A stretch of 64,000 bases of DNA, taken from the NCBI GenBank assembly GCA_030748735.1, contig JASMLK010000080.1, positions 16,697 through 80,696 of the forward strand. The letters run 5' to 3'. Every line of letters begins with the position of its first letter. Position 1 is the stretch's first letter. The notes beneath the pieces are model-generated. The model ran no database searches and had not been told where the DNA came from. It saw only the letters and a list, made by a program, of their open reading frames with translations. This stretch comes from Myxococcota bacterium (GTDB lineage Bacteria; Myxococcota_A; UBA9160; UBA4427). Positions 27,784 to 37,130 of this stretch are shown here, piece after piece. Both the position numbers and the translations under genes were made by a program.

Positions 27784-28656
27784 TCAGGCTTCGTTCGAAG
27801 TGCCCGCAGCGGCTGCGGCCAGGATCTGTCGCGCCCGGCTCGCCAGGGGTTCGTCCACCATCTGCCCTTCGAAATCGATCGCGGCAATCCCCTTCGCAGT
27901 TGCCGCTTCGTAGGCGTCGAGCAGCCGCCGCGCGAAGTCGACTTCTTCTTCGCTCGGCAGGAAACCTTCGTTCGCAAGGGTGACCTGCCCGGGGTGGATG
28001 CAGAGCTTGCCGCGATATCCCAGCTCGCGGGCTTCGCGGGTTTCTCGCGCGAAGGCTTCGGCATTGCGGAAGTCGGTTACCACCTGATCGAGAACGGGCA
28101 CGCCTGCGAGCCGGCCCGCCAGGGCAACGCGCGAACGCGCGTAGTGGACTTCGTGATTGCTTTCGGTGCGAACCCCACCCATGTCGGCGATGAAGTCTTC
28201 TGCACCGAAGTAGGCCGCATGCACGCGGGGATGGTCGAGCAGTGCGCAGGCGTCCGCGACGCCGAGCGCAGTTTCGAGGCCTGCGAGGATCGTCAGGTCT
28301 GAATGACCCGCCGCGTCGAGAGCCGCAGCGGCATGATCGACATGTTCGATGCGATCGAGCTTGGGCACCACGATCCCTGCGAGCGCGCCGCACAGCCCTT
28401 CGCGCACATCGTCGTCGAACCAGCTCGAAGCCACCGCGTTCACACGCACGAAGACATGGGCGCCCTGCCCTGCGATCTGCGGTGCGATCTCCTTTGCGTT
28501 CGAACGCCCCTCCGCCTTCGCGTTGGCGGGCGTCGCGTCTTCACAATCGATCACGACACCGTCTGCCCCGCTCTCCGGCAGCTTCACGAGGAAGTCGGGG
28601 CACACCGCGGGTGCGAAGAGAAGAGATCGCAGCCTGTCGATCGCGGTCGAGGTCAT
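27784..28656 (-). CDS. CitE/HpcH-family beta-hydroxyacyl-CoA lyase (citrate lyase beta-like)
   Basis: RSLLFAP.., DGVVIDCEDA, VVPKL, AYFGAEDF and LCIHPGQV are CitE-like signatures. The 4-nt overlap with the upstream carboxylase gene suggests an operon. Confidence 0.85.
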   Translation of the reverse strand: MTSTAIDRLRSLLFAPAVCPDFLVKLPESGADGVVIDCEDATPANAKAEGRSNAKEIAPQIAGQGAHVFVRVNAVASSWFDDDVREGLCGALAGIVVPKLDRIEHVDHAAAALDAAGHSDLTILAGLETALGVADACALLDHPRVHAAYFGAEDFIADMGGVRTESNHEVHYARSRVALAGRLAGVPVLDQVVTDFRNAEAFARETREARELGYRGKLCIHPGQVTLANEGFLPSEEEVDFARRLLDAYEAATAKGIAAIDFEGQMVDEPLASRARQILAAAAAGTSNEA

Positions 28657-30596
28657 TCGTCGTCGTCTTGTCGGTACGTCACGAGTACCTGGCCCGACTC
28701 GACCGAGTCACCCGCCACGGCACGCACTTCGTCCACCACGCCCGGGCCACTCGCTTCGAGGGAATGCAGCATCTTCATCGCTTCGATCACGATCACGACG
28801 TCACCGGCGCCGACTTCGTCGCCCGGTGCGACCGGGGTTTCGGTCACGATCGCCGGGAACGGGGCCACGGTTGCACCGGCACCACCGTGCCCTTCTGCGG
28901 CTGCAGGCGCCCAGTGTTCACTGCGGGGGACGCTGCGGAAGCTGTGGGTAACACCTTCGAGATTGATCGCGATGCGACGCGCGGCGCGATCGACATCGGT
29001 AGCAATTTGCGTCGCGACTCCATCGCCTTCGACCTCGAGGTGGGGGCCGACCTGCTCTGCGCCTCGATCTCCTGCAACGACGACTTCGTGCACGGCACCG
29101 CGACGATCTTCGAGACGGACCTCGAGCGCCGGGCGGTGGGGCGTGGCGCGAAAACTCCCGAGTGCGTGCCACGGGCCGGCGCTTTGCCGTCGCGGTCTCG
29201 AAGCGATCCAGGCGCGCGCGGCCAGGGTTCGGGCCGCTTGCGCCGACGCTTCGGCTTCCTGCGCGCCGGGCGGTGTGGATTCGTCGAGGAACCGCGTCGT
29301 CACGCGTCCTTCCACCACCGGTGGTTGCTCGATCAGCCACCGCTGGAAGCCCGTGTTGGTCACGAGCCCCCCGATCAGGAGTTCGTCGAGGGCGGCGGCG
29401 AGTTTCCGCCGAGCCGTTTCGCGGTCGGGCCCCTCGGCGATCAACTTCGCCACCATGGCGTCGTAGTGGGGCGTGATCGAAGAGCCGGCCTCGATGCCCG
29501 TGTCGAAGCGAACGCCCGACGGAACCCGCAGGCAATCCACGCGGCCGATCTGCGGAGCAAAGTCCGCCGCGGCGTCTTCCGCGTTGATTCGCACCTCGAT
29601 CGCGTGCCCTTCGAAGTGAACCTCTTGCTGTTCGATCGACAAGGGCTCACCCGCCGCGCTTTCGAACTGCATGGCGACGAGGTCGAGCCCCGTGATGGCT
29701 TCGGTCACGGGATGCTCGACCTGCAAGCGTGTGTTCATTTCGAGGAAATAGAAGTCGCCGGTCGCATCGTCGACCACGAACTCGACCGTGCCGGTCGAGT
29801 CGTAGTGCATCGCGGCGGTGAGTTTGCGCGCGGCATCACGCACGCCGTCGATCGTCTCTGGCGCGAGGTTCGGGGCCGGGGCCTCTTCGAGGAGTTTCTG
29901 ATAGCGGCGCTGCACGGAGCATTCGCGCGTGCCCAGATCGACGACGTTGCCATGCTTGTCGCCCACGACCTGCACTTCGACGTGGCGCGCGCGTTCGACG
30001 AAGCGTTCGACGATGACCGCAGCATTGCCGAACGACCGCGCGGCTTCTTCGGCGGCTTCTGCGAGCGCCGTCGAGAAGCCGGCCTTGCCATGAACGATGC
30101 GGATGCCCTTGCCGCCCCCTCCGGCCGCGGCCTTCACGAGCACCGGATAACCGATCTCGTCCGCAGCCCGCTCGAGGTCGGCGGGGTCCTGCGAGGCTTC
30201 GTAGCCGGGGATGGTCGGCACGCTGGCCGCTTCGGCGATCCGCCGCGCTTCGATCTTCGAACCCATCTTCTCGATGGCTTCCGCGTGCGGACCGATCCAG
30301 ACGAGCCCCGCGGCAACGACGCGCCCCGCGAACGCAGCGCTTTCGGAAAGGAAGCCATAACCCGGATGCACAGCAGTGGCCCCGGTCTTCGCCGCCGCGT
30401 CGAGCAGCCGATCGACGTCGAGGTACGACTCTGCGAGTGCAGCGGGCCCGATACGAACCGCAACGGTGGCTTCGCGAACGAACGGCGCTTCGGCATCGGG
30501 GTCGGCGAAGACCGCGACGGTTTCGTGGCCGAGTGCGTGGGCCGTACGGATGATGCGGCGCGCAATCTCGCCGCGATTTGCGATCAGGATACGCAT
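28653..30596 (-). CDS. Acyl-CoA carboxylase alpha subunit (biotin carboxylase + BCCP), MCC/AccA1-like
   Basis: MRILIANRGEIARRIIRTA N-terminus, ATP-grasp GGGGKGIRIV, and the C-terminal biotinylation motif EAMKM. Start at ATG 30596. Confidence 0.9.
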   Translation of the reverse strand: MRILIANRGEIARRIIRTAHALGHETVAVFADPDAEAPFVREATVAVRIGPAALAESYLDVDRLLDAAAKTGATAVHPGYGFLSESAAFAGRVVAAGLVWIGPHAEAIEKMGSKIEARRIAEAASVPTIPGYEASQDPADLERAADEIGYPVLVKAAAGGGGKGIRIVHGKAGFSTALAEAAEEAARSFGNAAVIVERFVERARHVEVQVVGDKHGNVVDLGTRECSVQRRYQKLLEEAPAPNLAPETIDGVRDAARKLTAAMHYDSTGTVEFVVDDATGDFYFLEMNTRLQVEHPVTEAITGLDLVAMQFESAAGEPLSIEQQEVHFEGHAIEVRINAEDAAADFAPQIGRVDCLRVPSGVRFDTGIEAGSSITPHYDAMVAKLIAEGPDRETARRKLAAALDELLIGGLVTNTGFQRWLIEQPPVVEGRVTTRFLDESTPPGAQEAEASAQAARTLAARAWIASRPRRQSAGPWHALGSFRATPHRPALEVRLEDRRGAVHEVVVAGDRGAEQVGPHLEVEGDGVATQIATDVDRAARRIAINLEGVTHSFRSVPRSEHWAPAAAEGHGGAGATVAPFPAIVTETPVAPGDEVGAGDVVIVIEAMKMLHSLEASGPGVVDEVRAVAGDSVESGQVLVTYRQDDDE

Positions 30597-30598
30597 CG

Positions 30599-32221
30599 TC
30601 ACATCCGGTAGACGAGCCCGGGCCCGCGGGACGGTTCGTCCTGCCGCGCCGCGAGCGAAAGGCACAGGCCCAGCGCGTCGCGCGTATGAACGGGGTCGAT
30701 CAAGCCGTCGTCCCACAGCCGCGACGTCGCGTAGTAGGGATCGGAATGGGTTTCGTACTGATCGGCGACTTCGCGGCGCAGCGCTTCGACCTGTTCTTCA
30801 GTCGTCTCGGCGCCCTTCATCCCCGCGAGTCGAATGTCGACGAGCACGGTCTGCGCCGTCTCCGCCGACATCGTTGCAATGCGCGAGTTCGGCCAGGCGA
30901 AGAGGAAGCGCGGATTGAAACCGCGCCCACACATGCCGTAGTTGCCCGCGCCGTACGATCCGCCAATGTGCACCGTGTACTTCGGCACCGTGGCGTTCGC
31001 GACGGCGGCCACCATCTTGGCGCCGTGCTTCGCGATCCCCGCCGCTTCGGAGTCACGGCCCACCATGTAGCCCGAGGTATTCTGCAGGAAGAGCAGCGGC
31101 ACGCGGCGCTGTTCGCAGAGTTCGATGAAGTGCGTCGCCTTCAAGGCCGAGTCACTGAAGATGATGCCGTTGTTCGCGATGACGCCAACGAGATGGCCCC
31201 AGATGCGCGCGTAGCCACAGACGATCGACTCCCCCCATTCGGGCTTGAAGGCCGAGAAGTTCGACCCGTCGACCACGCGGGCGATGATCTCGCGCGCGTC
31301 GAAGGGAATGCGGTCGTCGGCGCTCACGATGCCGTAGAGCTCAGCCGGGTCGAAGGCCGGCGGTTCGGGCTTCGCGCAGTCGAGCCAACCGGGTGCGTCG
31401 CTCATGCGTCGCTGGTTGGTCGCGAGGCACAGCTCGCGCAGGCGGCCGTAGGCTTCGCGTTCGGTCGATGCGATGTAGTCACTCACGCCCGAGGTCCGCG
31501 TATGCAGCACGGCCCCGCCGAGATCGTCGGGCTCGACGATTTCGCCAAGCGCCGCCTTCACGATCGGCGGCCCCCCCAGATAGATCCGCCCGATCCCATC
31601 GACCATGATCACTTCGTCGGAAAGCGCAGGCACGTAGGCACCGCCGGCCGTACATCCACCCAACACGACCGACAGCTGCGGCAACCCCATCGCGCTCATC
31701 CGCGCCTGGCGATAGAACGAGCCTCCGAAGTGGTCCTTGTCGGGGAAGATCTCGTCTTGCAGCGGGAGAAAGGCACCACCCGAATCCACCAGATAGATCG
31801 TGCCCAGGCCATTGTGTTCCGCGATCTCCTGGGCGCGCACGTGCTTCTTGATCGACATCGGAAGCAGCGAGCCGCCCTTCACCGTCGCGTCGTTGGCGAT
31901 GAACATGTAGGGCACGTCGTGCACGAGACCGACGCCCGTCACGATGCCCGCACCGGGCGGGACGCCGTCGTACTGCTCGAAGCCGGCAAGAGAAGACAGC
32001 TCGAGGAAGGGCGTGCCTTCGTCGATCACACAGTCGATGCGGTCGCGCACCATGATCTTGCCACGCGAATGGTGGCGCTCGATCGAACGCGCGCGCCCCG
32101 GGCCGCCGTGGATGCCTTCCTGCTCGCGAGCGCGCAGGGTTTCGACGAGCGCCTGGTACGCATCGCGATTGGTCGCGAATGCACTCGAACCGGGATCGAT
32201 CCGCGATTCGATTGGCCTCAT
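30599..32221 (-). CDS. Acyl-CoA carboxylase beta subunit (carboxyltransferase), MCC-beta/AccD1-like
   Basis: GKIMVRDRIDCVIDEGTPFLELS.., GGAFLPLQDE, GGCTAGGAYVPA and GGSYGAGNYGMCGR are carboxyl-transferase signatures. Confidence 0.9.
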   Translation of the reverse strand: MRPIESRIDPGSSAFATNRDAYQALVETLRAREQEGIHGGPGRARSIERHHSRGKIMVRDRIDCVIDEGTPFLELSSLAGFEQYDGVPPGAGIVTGVGLVHDVPYMFIANDATVKGGSLLPMSIKKHVRAQEIAEHNGLGTIYLVDSGGAFLPLQDEIFPDKDHFGGSFYRQARMSAMGLPQLSVVLGGCTAGGAYVPALSDEVIMVDGIGRIYLGGPPIVKAALGEIVEPDDLGGAVLHTRTSGVSDYIASTEREAYGRLRELCLATNQRRMSDAPGWLDCAKPEPPAFDPAELYGIVSADDRIPFDAREIIARVVDGSNFSAFKPEWGESIVCGYARIWGHLVGVIANNGIIFSDSALKATHFIELCEQRRVPLLFLQNTSGYMVGRDSEAAGIAKHGAKMVAAVANATVPKYTVHIGGSYGAGNYGMCGRGFNPRFLFAWPNSRIATMSAETAQTVLVDIRLAGMKGAETTEEQVEALRREVADQYETHSDPYYATSRLWDDGLIDPVHTRDALGLCLSLAARQDEPSRGPGLVYRM

Positions 32222-32318
32222 GTCCCCGCGCGCTCCTTCCCTGGTGTCGCGCTTGCCCGCGGGCGAGCAGCAGGCTCGGCCGCGGCAAGACGGACGCACA
32301 GGGTGCGACAGGCGCGCG

Positions 32319-34787
32319 CTACGTCAACGCCCCCGCGGCAGCAAGATCGGCGACCCGCTCGTCGTCGTAGCCGAGCAGTTCGGTGAGCACCTCGAAGGTC
32401 TGCTCGCCGATCGTCGGCCCCGCATGGCGCGGAATGCAGGGCGTACCGCTGAACTTCGTGACCGGACCATCCAACTTGACACTGCCAAGAGCCGAATGCT
32501 CGAGTTCGACGAAGTACTCGCGGGCCGCGAGCTGGGGATCTTCGAGCAGATCCGACGAGCGCATCACCACGTTGGCCGGCACCCCGTCTCGGCGCAGTCC
32601 CTCGGCCAGAGCGAAGGGCTCCTGGGTCGCGCACCACGCGTCGACCTTTGCTTCGAGTTCGGCTTTGTGGGCGATCCGGGTCGCGAGCGAATCGAACTCG
32701 CTGCCGCCGAAAGCGTCGAGACCAGGCACGCGTTCACGCAAAGCGTGCCACTGCGCGGTCGTCTCCGCCGCGATCGCGACGAAGCGCTGGTTGCCCTCGG
32801 CGCGGAACACGGCGTGCGGGCAGGCGCGCTCCGAGTCGTGACCGCGCAGCGAAACGATCTTGCCGTTGACCGTGTACTCCAGCACGGCGGGTGAAATGAA
32901 CTGCATCGCCGTTTCGATCTGGGACTGGTCGATGTACTGCCCTTCCCCCGTGCGGTCGCGGTGACGCAGCGCGGCGGCGAGGGCTGCGAGCGAAAAGCGC
33001 GGCGAGATGAAGTCCGTATACGCGCCCCACGGCCCCGACGGCAGACGGTCGGGCCAGCCCGTGAGCCCCACGATCCCGGCGAGCCCTGCACCCTGCAAAC
33101 CGAACCCGGTGTACGACGCTTCGGGTCCCGTCTGACCGCGCATGCAGGAAGACACCATGATGAGTTCCGGTTTGCGCTTGCGCAGGGTCTCGTAGTCGAG
33201 CCCGAGGCGCGCGGCTGAACCCGCGGTGAACGATTCGGTGACGACATCCGCCCAGTCGACCAGATCGAGTGCGACCTTGCGCGCCTCTTCGAGTGAGAGG
33301 TCGAGGGCGAGACACAACTTGCTCTGGTTGTAGTCCGCGGCCGTCCAACCGTTGCTCACGTTGGGCACCATGTCCTTCCACGGCGGCAACATCCGCAGCG
33401 GATCGACGAACTTCTCGGATTCGACCTTCACCACCGTGGCGCCGAGGTTCGCGAGGTCTTTCGACGTCAGCGGCAAGGCGGCCACCCACGCGAAGTCCGC
33501 CACCTTGAGTCCTTCGAAGATGTTCGTGCGCGGCGTCGCCGAAGCCGTCTCCGGGACATCTGGCTTGCGGGCTTCGCTCGCGAGACCTTCCACGATGGCC
33601 TGGTGTTCGCCCAGCCGTGCTGCGGGTTTCAACGTGATGGGCGTCTTCGACATCCGGATGAAGGGACCGGGGTGCGTGTCGCCCCCGACGTCGGTGAAGT
33701 AGTCACGCGCAATCAGCTGCGGGTCGCCCAGCAGGTCGGCGGTGCTCCACACCGGACCGAGCAGCCACTTGCCTTCGAGGGCGCGCTGCTGGATTTCGAC
33801 CTTGGTCTTGGTGCCGAGGAACGCGACGAACTGGTCATAGGCGCGCTGGATGTCGGGGGGCGAGATCTTCCCACCCATCAACAGATCGAACATGTTCGTC
33901 CAATCGTGCTGCGCGAGGTCTTCGTCGATGGCGCCGTCCTCGCTCGCCCAGCGCATCATCGAACCCCAGCTCTTGGCACCGACGTCGCCGAGCACGAGGG
34001 TCATGACGACGAAGCCGTCCTTGCAGTGCGCGCGGTCGGGCACGACGACACCGGGGAGGAGTTCCTGTTTCTCGGCGCGCTTCTCGCCGGAGCCGGGCTG
34101 GTCTTCGTCGGCCAGGATCGGGTAGCCGGTGGCGAAGAGCAGCGTCCACATCACTGCGGCCTGACACGAAACGTCGAGGTGTTGCCCCTGGCCGTCGCGG
34201 TTGCGCGAGTAGAGCGCCGAGCAGACATCTGCGGCGGCCTGCACGGCGCCGTGGTGTGAAGCGTCGGGATAGCCGACGGGTACGGGCGGCCTGTCCTTGT
34301 CGCCCTGCAAGTTCATCAACCCGCCGGCGGCCGACAGCGTGAGATCGGTCGCCGGGGCCTTCGCGTCGGGACCGCTCTGCCCGAACGGAGTCACGGAGAC
34401 ATAGAGCAGTGTCGGGTTTTCGGCTTTCAGGGTTTCGTAGTCGAGGCCGCGCGCCTGCATCTCACCGGGAGTCGATGATTCGACCAGGATGTCGGCACCG
34501 CGCACGAGTTCGACGAGCTTCGCGCGGTCACCGGCGTCGTCGATGTCGAGCACGACACTCTTCTTCCCCACCCCGTACGCGCGCCAGAACAGGGAGCCTT
34601 CGGCGTCGCCCTCTCGCCCGTTTTCGAACGGCGCGGTGAAGCGAGCCTCACACCCGCCCGGAGGCTCGACCTTGATGACTTCGGCGCCGAGGTCGGCGAG
34701 CACACGGCCGGTCGCTTCGGCCAGGGGGGTCGACAGGTCGAGAACACGAATGCCTTCGAGGGCGCCGGGGCGCGTGGTGTCGGACAA
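32319..34787 (-). CDS. Tandem (two-domain) family III CoA-transferase, paralog of 20233..22674
   Basis: LEGIRVLDLSTPLAEATGRVLADLGAEVIKVE and a second copy FEGLKVADFAWVAALPLTSKDLANLGATVVKVE. 822 aa. Confidence 0.85.
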   Translation of the reverse strand: MSDTTRPGALEGIRVLDLSTPLAEATGRVLADLGAEVIKVEPPGGCEARFTAPFENGREGDAEGSLFWRAYGVGKKSVVLDIDDAGDRAKLVELVRGADILVESSTPGEMQARGLDYETLKAENPTLLYVSVTPFGQSGPDAKAPATDLTLSAAGGLMNLQGDKDRPPVPVGYPDASHHGAVQAAADVCSALYSRNRDGQGQHLDVSCQAAVMWTLLFATGYPILADEDQPGSGEKRAEKQELLPGVVVPDRAHCKDGFVVMTLVLGDVGAKSWGSMMRWASEDGAIDEDLAQHDWTNMFDLLMGGKISPPDIQRAYDQFVAFLGTKTKVEIQQRALEGKWLLGPVWSTADLLGDPQLIARDYFTDVGGDTHPGPFIRMSKTPITLKPAARLGEHQAIVEGLASEARKPDVPETASATPRTNIFEGLKVADFAWVAALPLTSKDLANLGATVVKVESEKFVDPLRMLPPWKDMVPNVSNGWTAADYNQSKLCLALDLSLEEARKVALDLVDWADVVTESFTAGSAARLGLDYETLRKRKPELIMVSSCMRGQTGPEASYTGFGLQGAGLAGIVGLTGWPDRLPSGPWGAYTDFISPRFSLAALAAALRHRDRTGEGQYIDQSQIETAMQFISPAVLEYTVNGKIVSLRGHDSERACPHAVFRAEGNQRFVAIAAETTAQWHALRERVPGLDAFGGSEFDSLATRIAHKAELEAKVDAWCATQEPFALAEGLRRDGVPANVVMRSSDLLEDPQLAAREYFVELEHSALGSVKLDGPVTKFSGTPCIPRHAGPTIGEQTFEVLTELLGYDDERVADLAAAGALT

Positions 34788-34936
34788 GGAACTTCCTCCT
34801 GATGAAGCTCGCCATTATACGCACCAGAAACCCGTGTGGATTCCCTGGCTTCGCGCGGGTGGTGCTTCGTGCGAGCTGCCGCCCACTTGCCGCCCCGCAA
34901 CCCGGAAAGCTCGCGTTTCGAGTGCTCGCTTTTCAC

Positions 34937-34976
34937 TTGACAGTGTGAACTGAATCGACATCATTCACAGTGTGAA
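34937..34976. promoter_or_regulatory. Two copies of an ACAGTGTGAA-containing palindrome (TTGACAgTGTGAA / TTCACAgTGTGAA); candidate MarR operator over the promoter
   Basis: Copies at 34937..34949 and 34964..34976 lie 27 nt apart. The first contains a TTGACA -35-like hexamer. The second overlaps the GTG start of the MarR gene. Confidence 0.4.
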
Positions 34977-35436
34977 GCAACAAGACCACTACCGACAGAT
35001 CCTCCGCCTGGTGAACGGAATCGGGCGACTCACCAACCCCCAGCACCTGCCCGCGCTGCGGGAGCGACGCATTTCGCTGGCGCAGTTCCTGGCCCTCGAC
35101 GCACTCGGGAACACGTCGAAGCCCATGCGCATGCGCGAGCTTGCCGAAAGCGCCGGTCTCGCGACGACCGAACTCACGCGCGTGGTGACGAGCCTCGAAG
35201 AGAAGGGCTGGACCGAGCGGCGCGTCGACCCGAACGACAGCCGTGCGCGGCAGGTCGTACTGACCCGCAGCGGAAAGACGCTCATCAAACGCGTGCAGCG
35301 CGAAGCGAACGCCGACCTGCGCGATGTGTGGAGCGACCTCACCCACGACGAATGGCATCGCTTCATCGATCTCATGCAGCGCTTCGAATCGGGGCTGCGA
35401 CGCGTGCGCGCTGGCGCGCGCGACAAGGCTTCTTGA
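34972..35436 (+). CDS. MarR-family transcriptional regulator
   Basis: ISLAQFLALDAL..MRMRELAESAGLATTELTRVVTSLEEKGWTERRVDPNDSRARQVVLT is a winged helix-turn-helix with the MarR pattern. Confidence 0.85.
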   Translation: MKQQDHYRQILRLVNGIGRLTNPQHLPALRERRISLAQFLALDALGNTSKPMRMRELAESAGLATTELTRVVTSLEEKGWTERRVDPNDSRARQVVLTRSGKTLIKRVQREANADLRDVWSDLTHDEWHRFIDLMQRFESGLRRVRAGARDKAS

Positions 35437-35551
35437 GTACCCAGGTCCCGCGCTCCCCAACGAGGTACAGGATGCACGAACACGCAAAGCGTCGTGCATT
35501 CGGTGTTTCGCCCGAGCGTCTTTCACTGCCTTCGCGCGGACGTTCCCTCGC

Positions 35552-36622
35552 GTGACTGAAACGCGTACATCCATCGGCCCGATCGGGTGGTGTTTGGTTT
35601 CGGCGCTGCTCTTTGGTGCGTCCACGCCCGCCGCGAAGCCGCTGGTGGACGACATGGGGCCGGTTTTTCTTTCGGGTGTGCTCTACTGGGGTGCGGCGCT
35701 CGGCGTCGCACCATGGGCACTTCGTGATTGGCGCGGGCAGCGTGGGCGACGCGCGGCCACGGCGCGCGCACGTGGGCATCTGTTGGGAGCTGCGTTCTTC
35801 GGCGGTGTCGTAGGGCCGGTACTCCTGCTCTGGGGGCTCTCTCTCGCCCCCGCCGGCTCGGTGTCGCTCTGGCTCGTGCTGGAAACCGTGGCCACCGCTG
35901 TGCTCGCGCGCTTGTTCTTTCGCGAGCACCTTGGGGCATACGGTTGGTTCGCCACGGCGTTGGTCGTGGTGGCCAGCGCGCTGCTGACGGAACCCGGGCC
36001 CGCAGGCATCCAGGCCGTCACGCTCGTTGCCCTCGCCTGCGTGGCCTGGGGACTCGACAACAACTTCACGGCGCTGATCGACGGCTATTCGACGACCGAG
36101 ATCACGGCCTTCAAGGGTGTCACGGCCGGGCTCGTGAACGTGCCGATCGGGCTGTGGTTGGGCGGTGTCGTCGAAGGGCCGAGCCTGTTGGCGGGGCTGG
36201 TGATCGGCGCGTTGGGTTATGGCGCGTCGCTCGTGCTCTACACCGCCGGTGCACAGCAACTCGGTGCGACGCGTTCGCAGCTGTGCTTTTCCACGTCGCC
36301 GCTCTTCGGCCTCGCCACAGCCGCGCTCGTCCTGGGAGAATCGCTTGGCGCCGCTCACCTGGTTTCGATCAGCTTGATGGCACTCGCGATCTGGTTGCTG
36401 GAACGCGAGTCCCACGAACACGTGCATGCGCACGAAGCGACCGAGCACACCCATTGGCACCGCCACGACGACGGACACCACGATCATGCTCACGACGACG
36501 CGGCCGCCGGGACCCTGTGGCATCAGCATCGCCACCGTCACGCAGCGCAGACCCACCGTCACCCGCACCGGCCGGACCTGCACCACCGCCACTCACATGC
36601 AGACGAAGACGATCAAACCTGA
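35552..36622 (+). CDS. DMT/EamA-family transporter with a ~70-aa His-rich C-terminal tail
   Basis: About 10 TM helices with the two-EamA-repeat pattern. The tail is HEHVHAHEATEHTHWHRHDDGHHDHAHDD..HQHRHRHAAQTHRHPHRPDLHHRHSHADEDDQT. GTG at 35552 is the preferred start. Confidence 0.8.
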   Translation: MTETRTSIGPIGWCLVSALLFGASTPAAKPLVDDMGPVFLSGVLYWGAALGVAPWALRDWRGQRGRRAATARARGHLLGAAFFGGVVGPVLLLWGLSLAPAGSVSLWLVLETVATAVLARLFFREHLGAYGWFATALVVVASALLTEPGPAGIQAVTLVALACVAWGLDNNFTALIDGYSTTEITAFKGVTAGLVNVPIGLWLGGVVEGPSLLAGLVIGALGYGASLVLYTAGAQQLGATRSQLCFSTSPLFGLATAALVLGESLGAAHLVSISLMALAIWLLERESHEHVHAHEATEHTHWHRHDDGHHDHAHDDAAAGTLWHQHRHRHAAQTHRHPHRPDLHHRHSHADEDDQT

Positions 36623-36780
36623 CGCAAGAACTCCGACAGGCCGTAGCCCGTGTGTTCGCCGAAGGTCCACTGCGTCAGGCCTTCGCCGATGTGGGTCGTG
36701 AGACCTTCGCGGCGGTTGCGCAGCGGAATGAAGCCCTTCACCGCGCCGGGGATCTCGTGGGTGTCACCGTCTTCGGTCAT
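36613..36780 (-). CDS. 55-aa ORF MTEDGDTHEIPGAVKGFIPLRNRREGLTTHIGEGLTQWTFGEHTGYGLSEFLRQV (possible gene remnant)
   Basis: Strong GC3 bias indicates coding sequence. It is below the ORF-track size cutoff. It abuts an SDR fragment on the other strand. No family recognised. Confidence 0.25.
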   Translation of the reverse strand: MTEDGDTHEIPGAVKGFIPLRNRREGLTTHIGEGLTQWTFGEHTGYGLSEFLRQV

Positions 36781-36985
36781 CGTAGGGCTTCCCGGGCAAT
36801 CCTCCTACTGCACCACCAAGGCGGCGGTCCAGGGGCTCAGCGAATCTCTCTGGGCCGAACTCGCCCTCGAGGGTGTGGGCGTCACTTCCGTTCACCCGGG
36901 CGCGATTCGCACGGACATGATCCAGGCGACACTCGAAGAGTCGGACGACGTAGGGGCCGCGCAACGCAACAGCGAAGCGTTCCAG
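36770..36985 (+). pseudogene. Short-chain dehydrogenase (SDR) internal fragment
   Basis: VGLPGQSSYCTTKAAVQGLSESLWAELALEGVGVTSVHPGAIRTDM holds the catalytic YxxxK and PG motifs. There is no Rossmann N-terminus, no start codon and no credible C-terminus. Confidence 0.45.
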
Positions 36986-37130
36986 CCGGACGTCGTTTAC
37001 GTTCTCGACCCGGACGGAGTGAGGGGCGAGCTGATCCAGCGATCGGGCGACCGACGAAGCCCCTCGGCAAGTCCATCGCTTGAACCGCACATCACAAGCA
37101 CACCCCGCCCCACCTCGCAGGAGAAGCACG

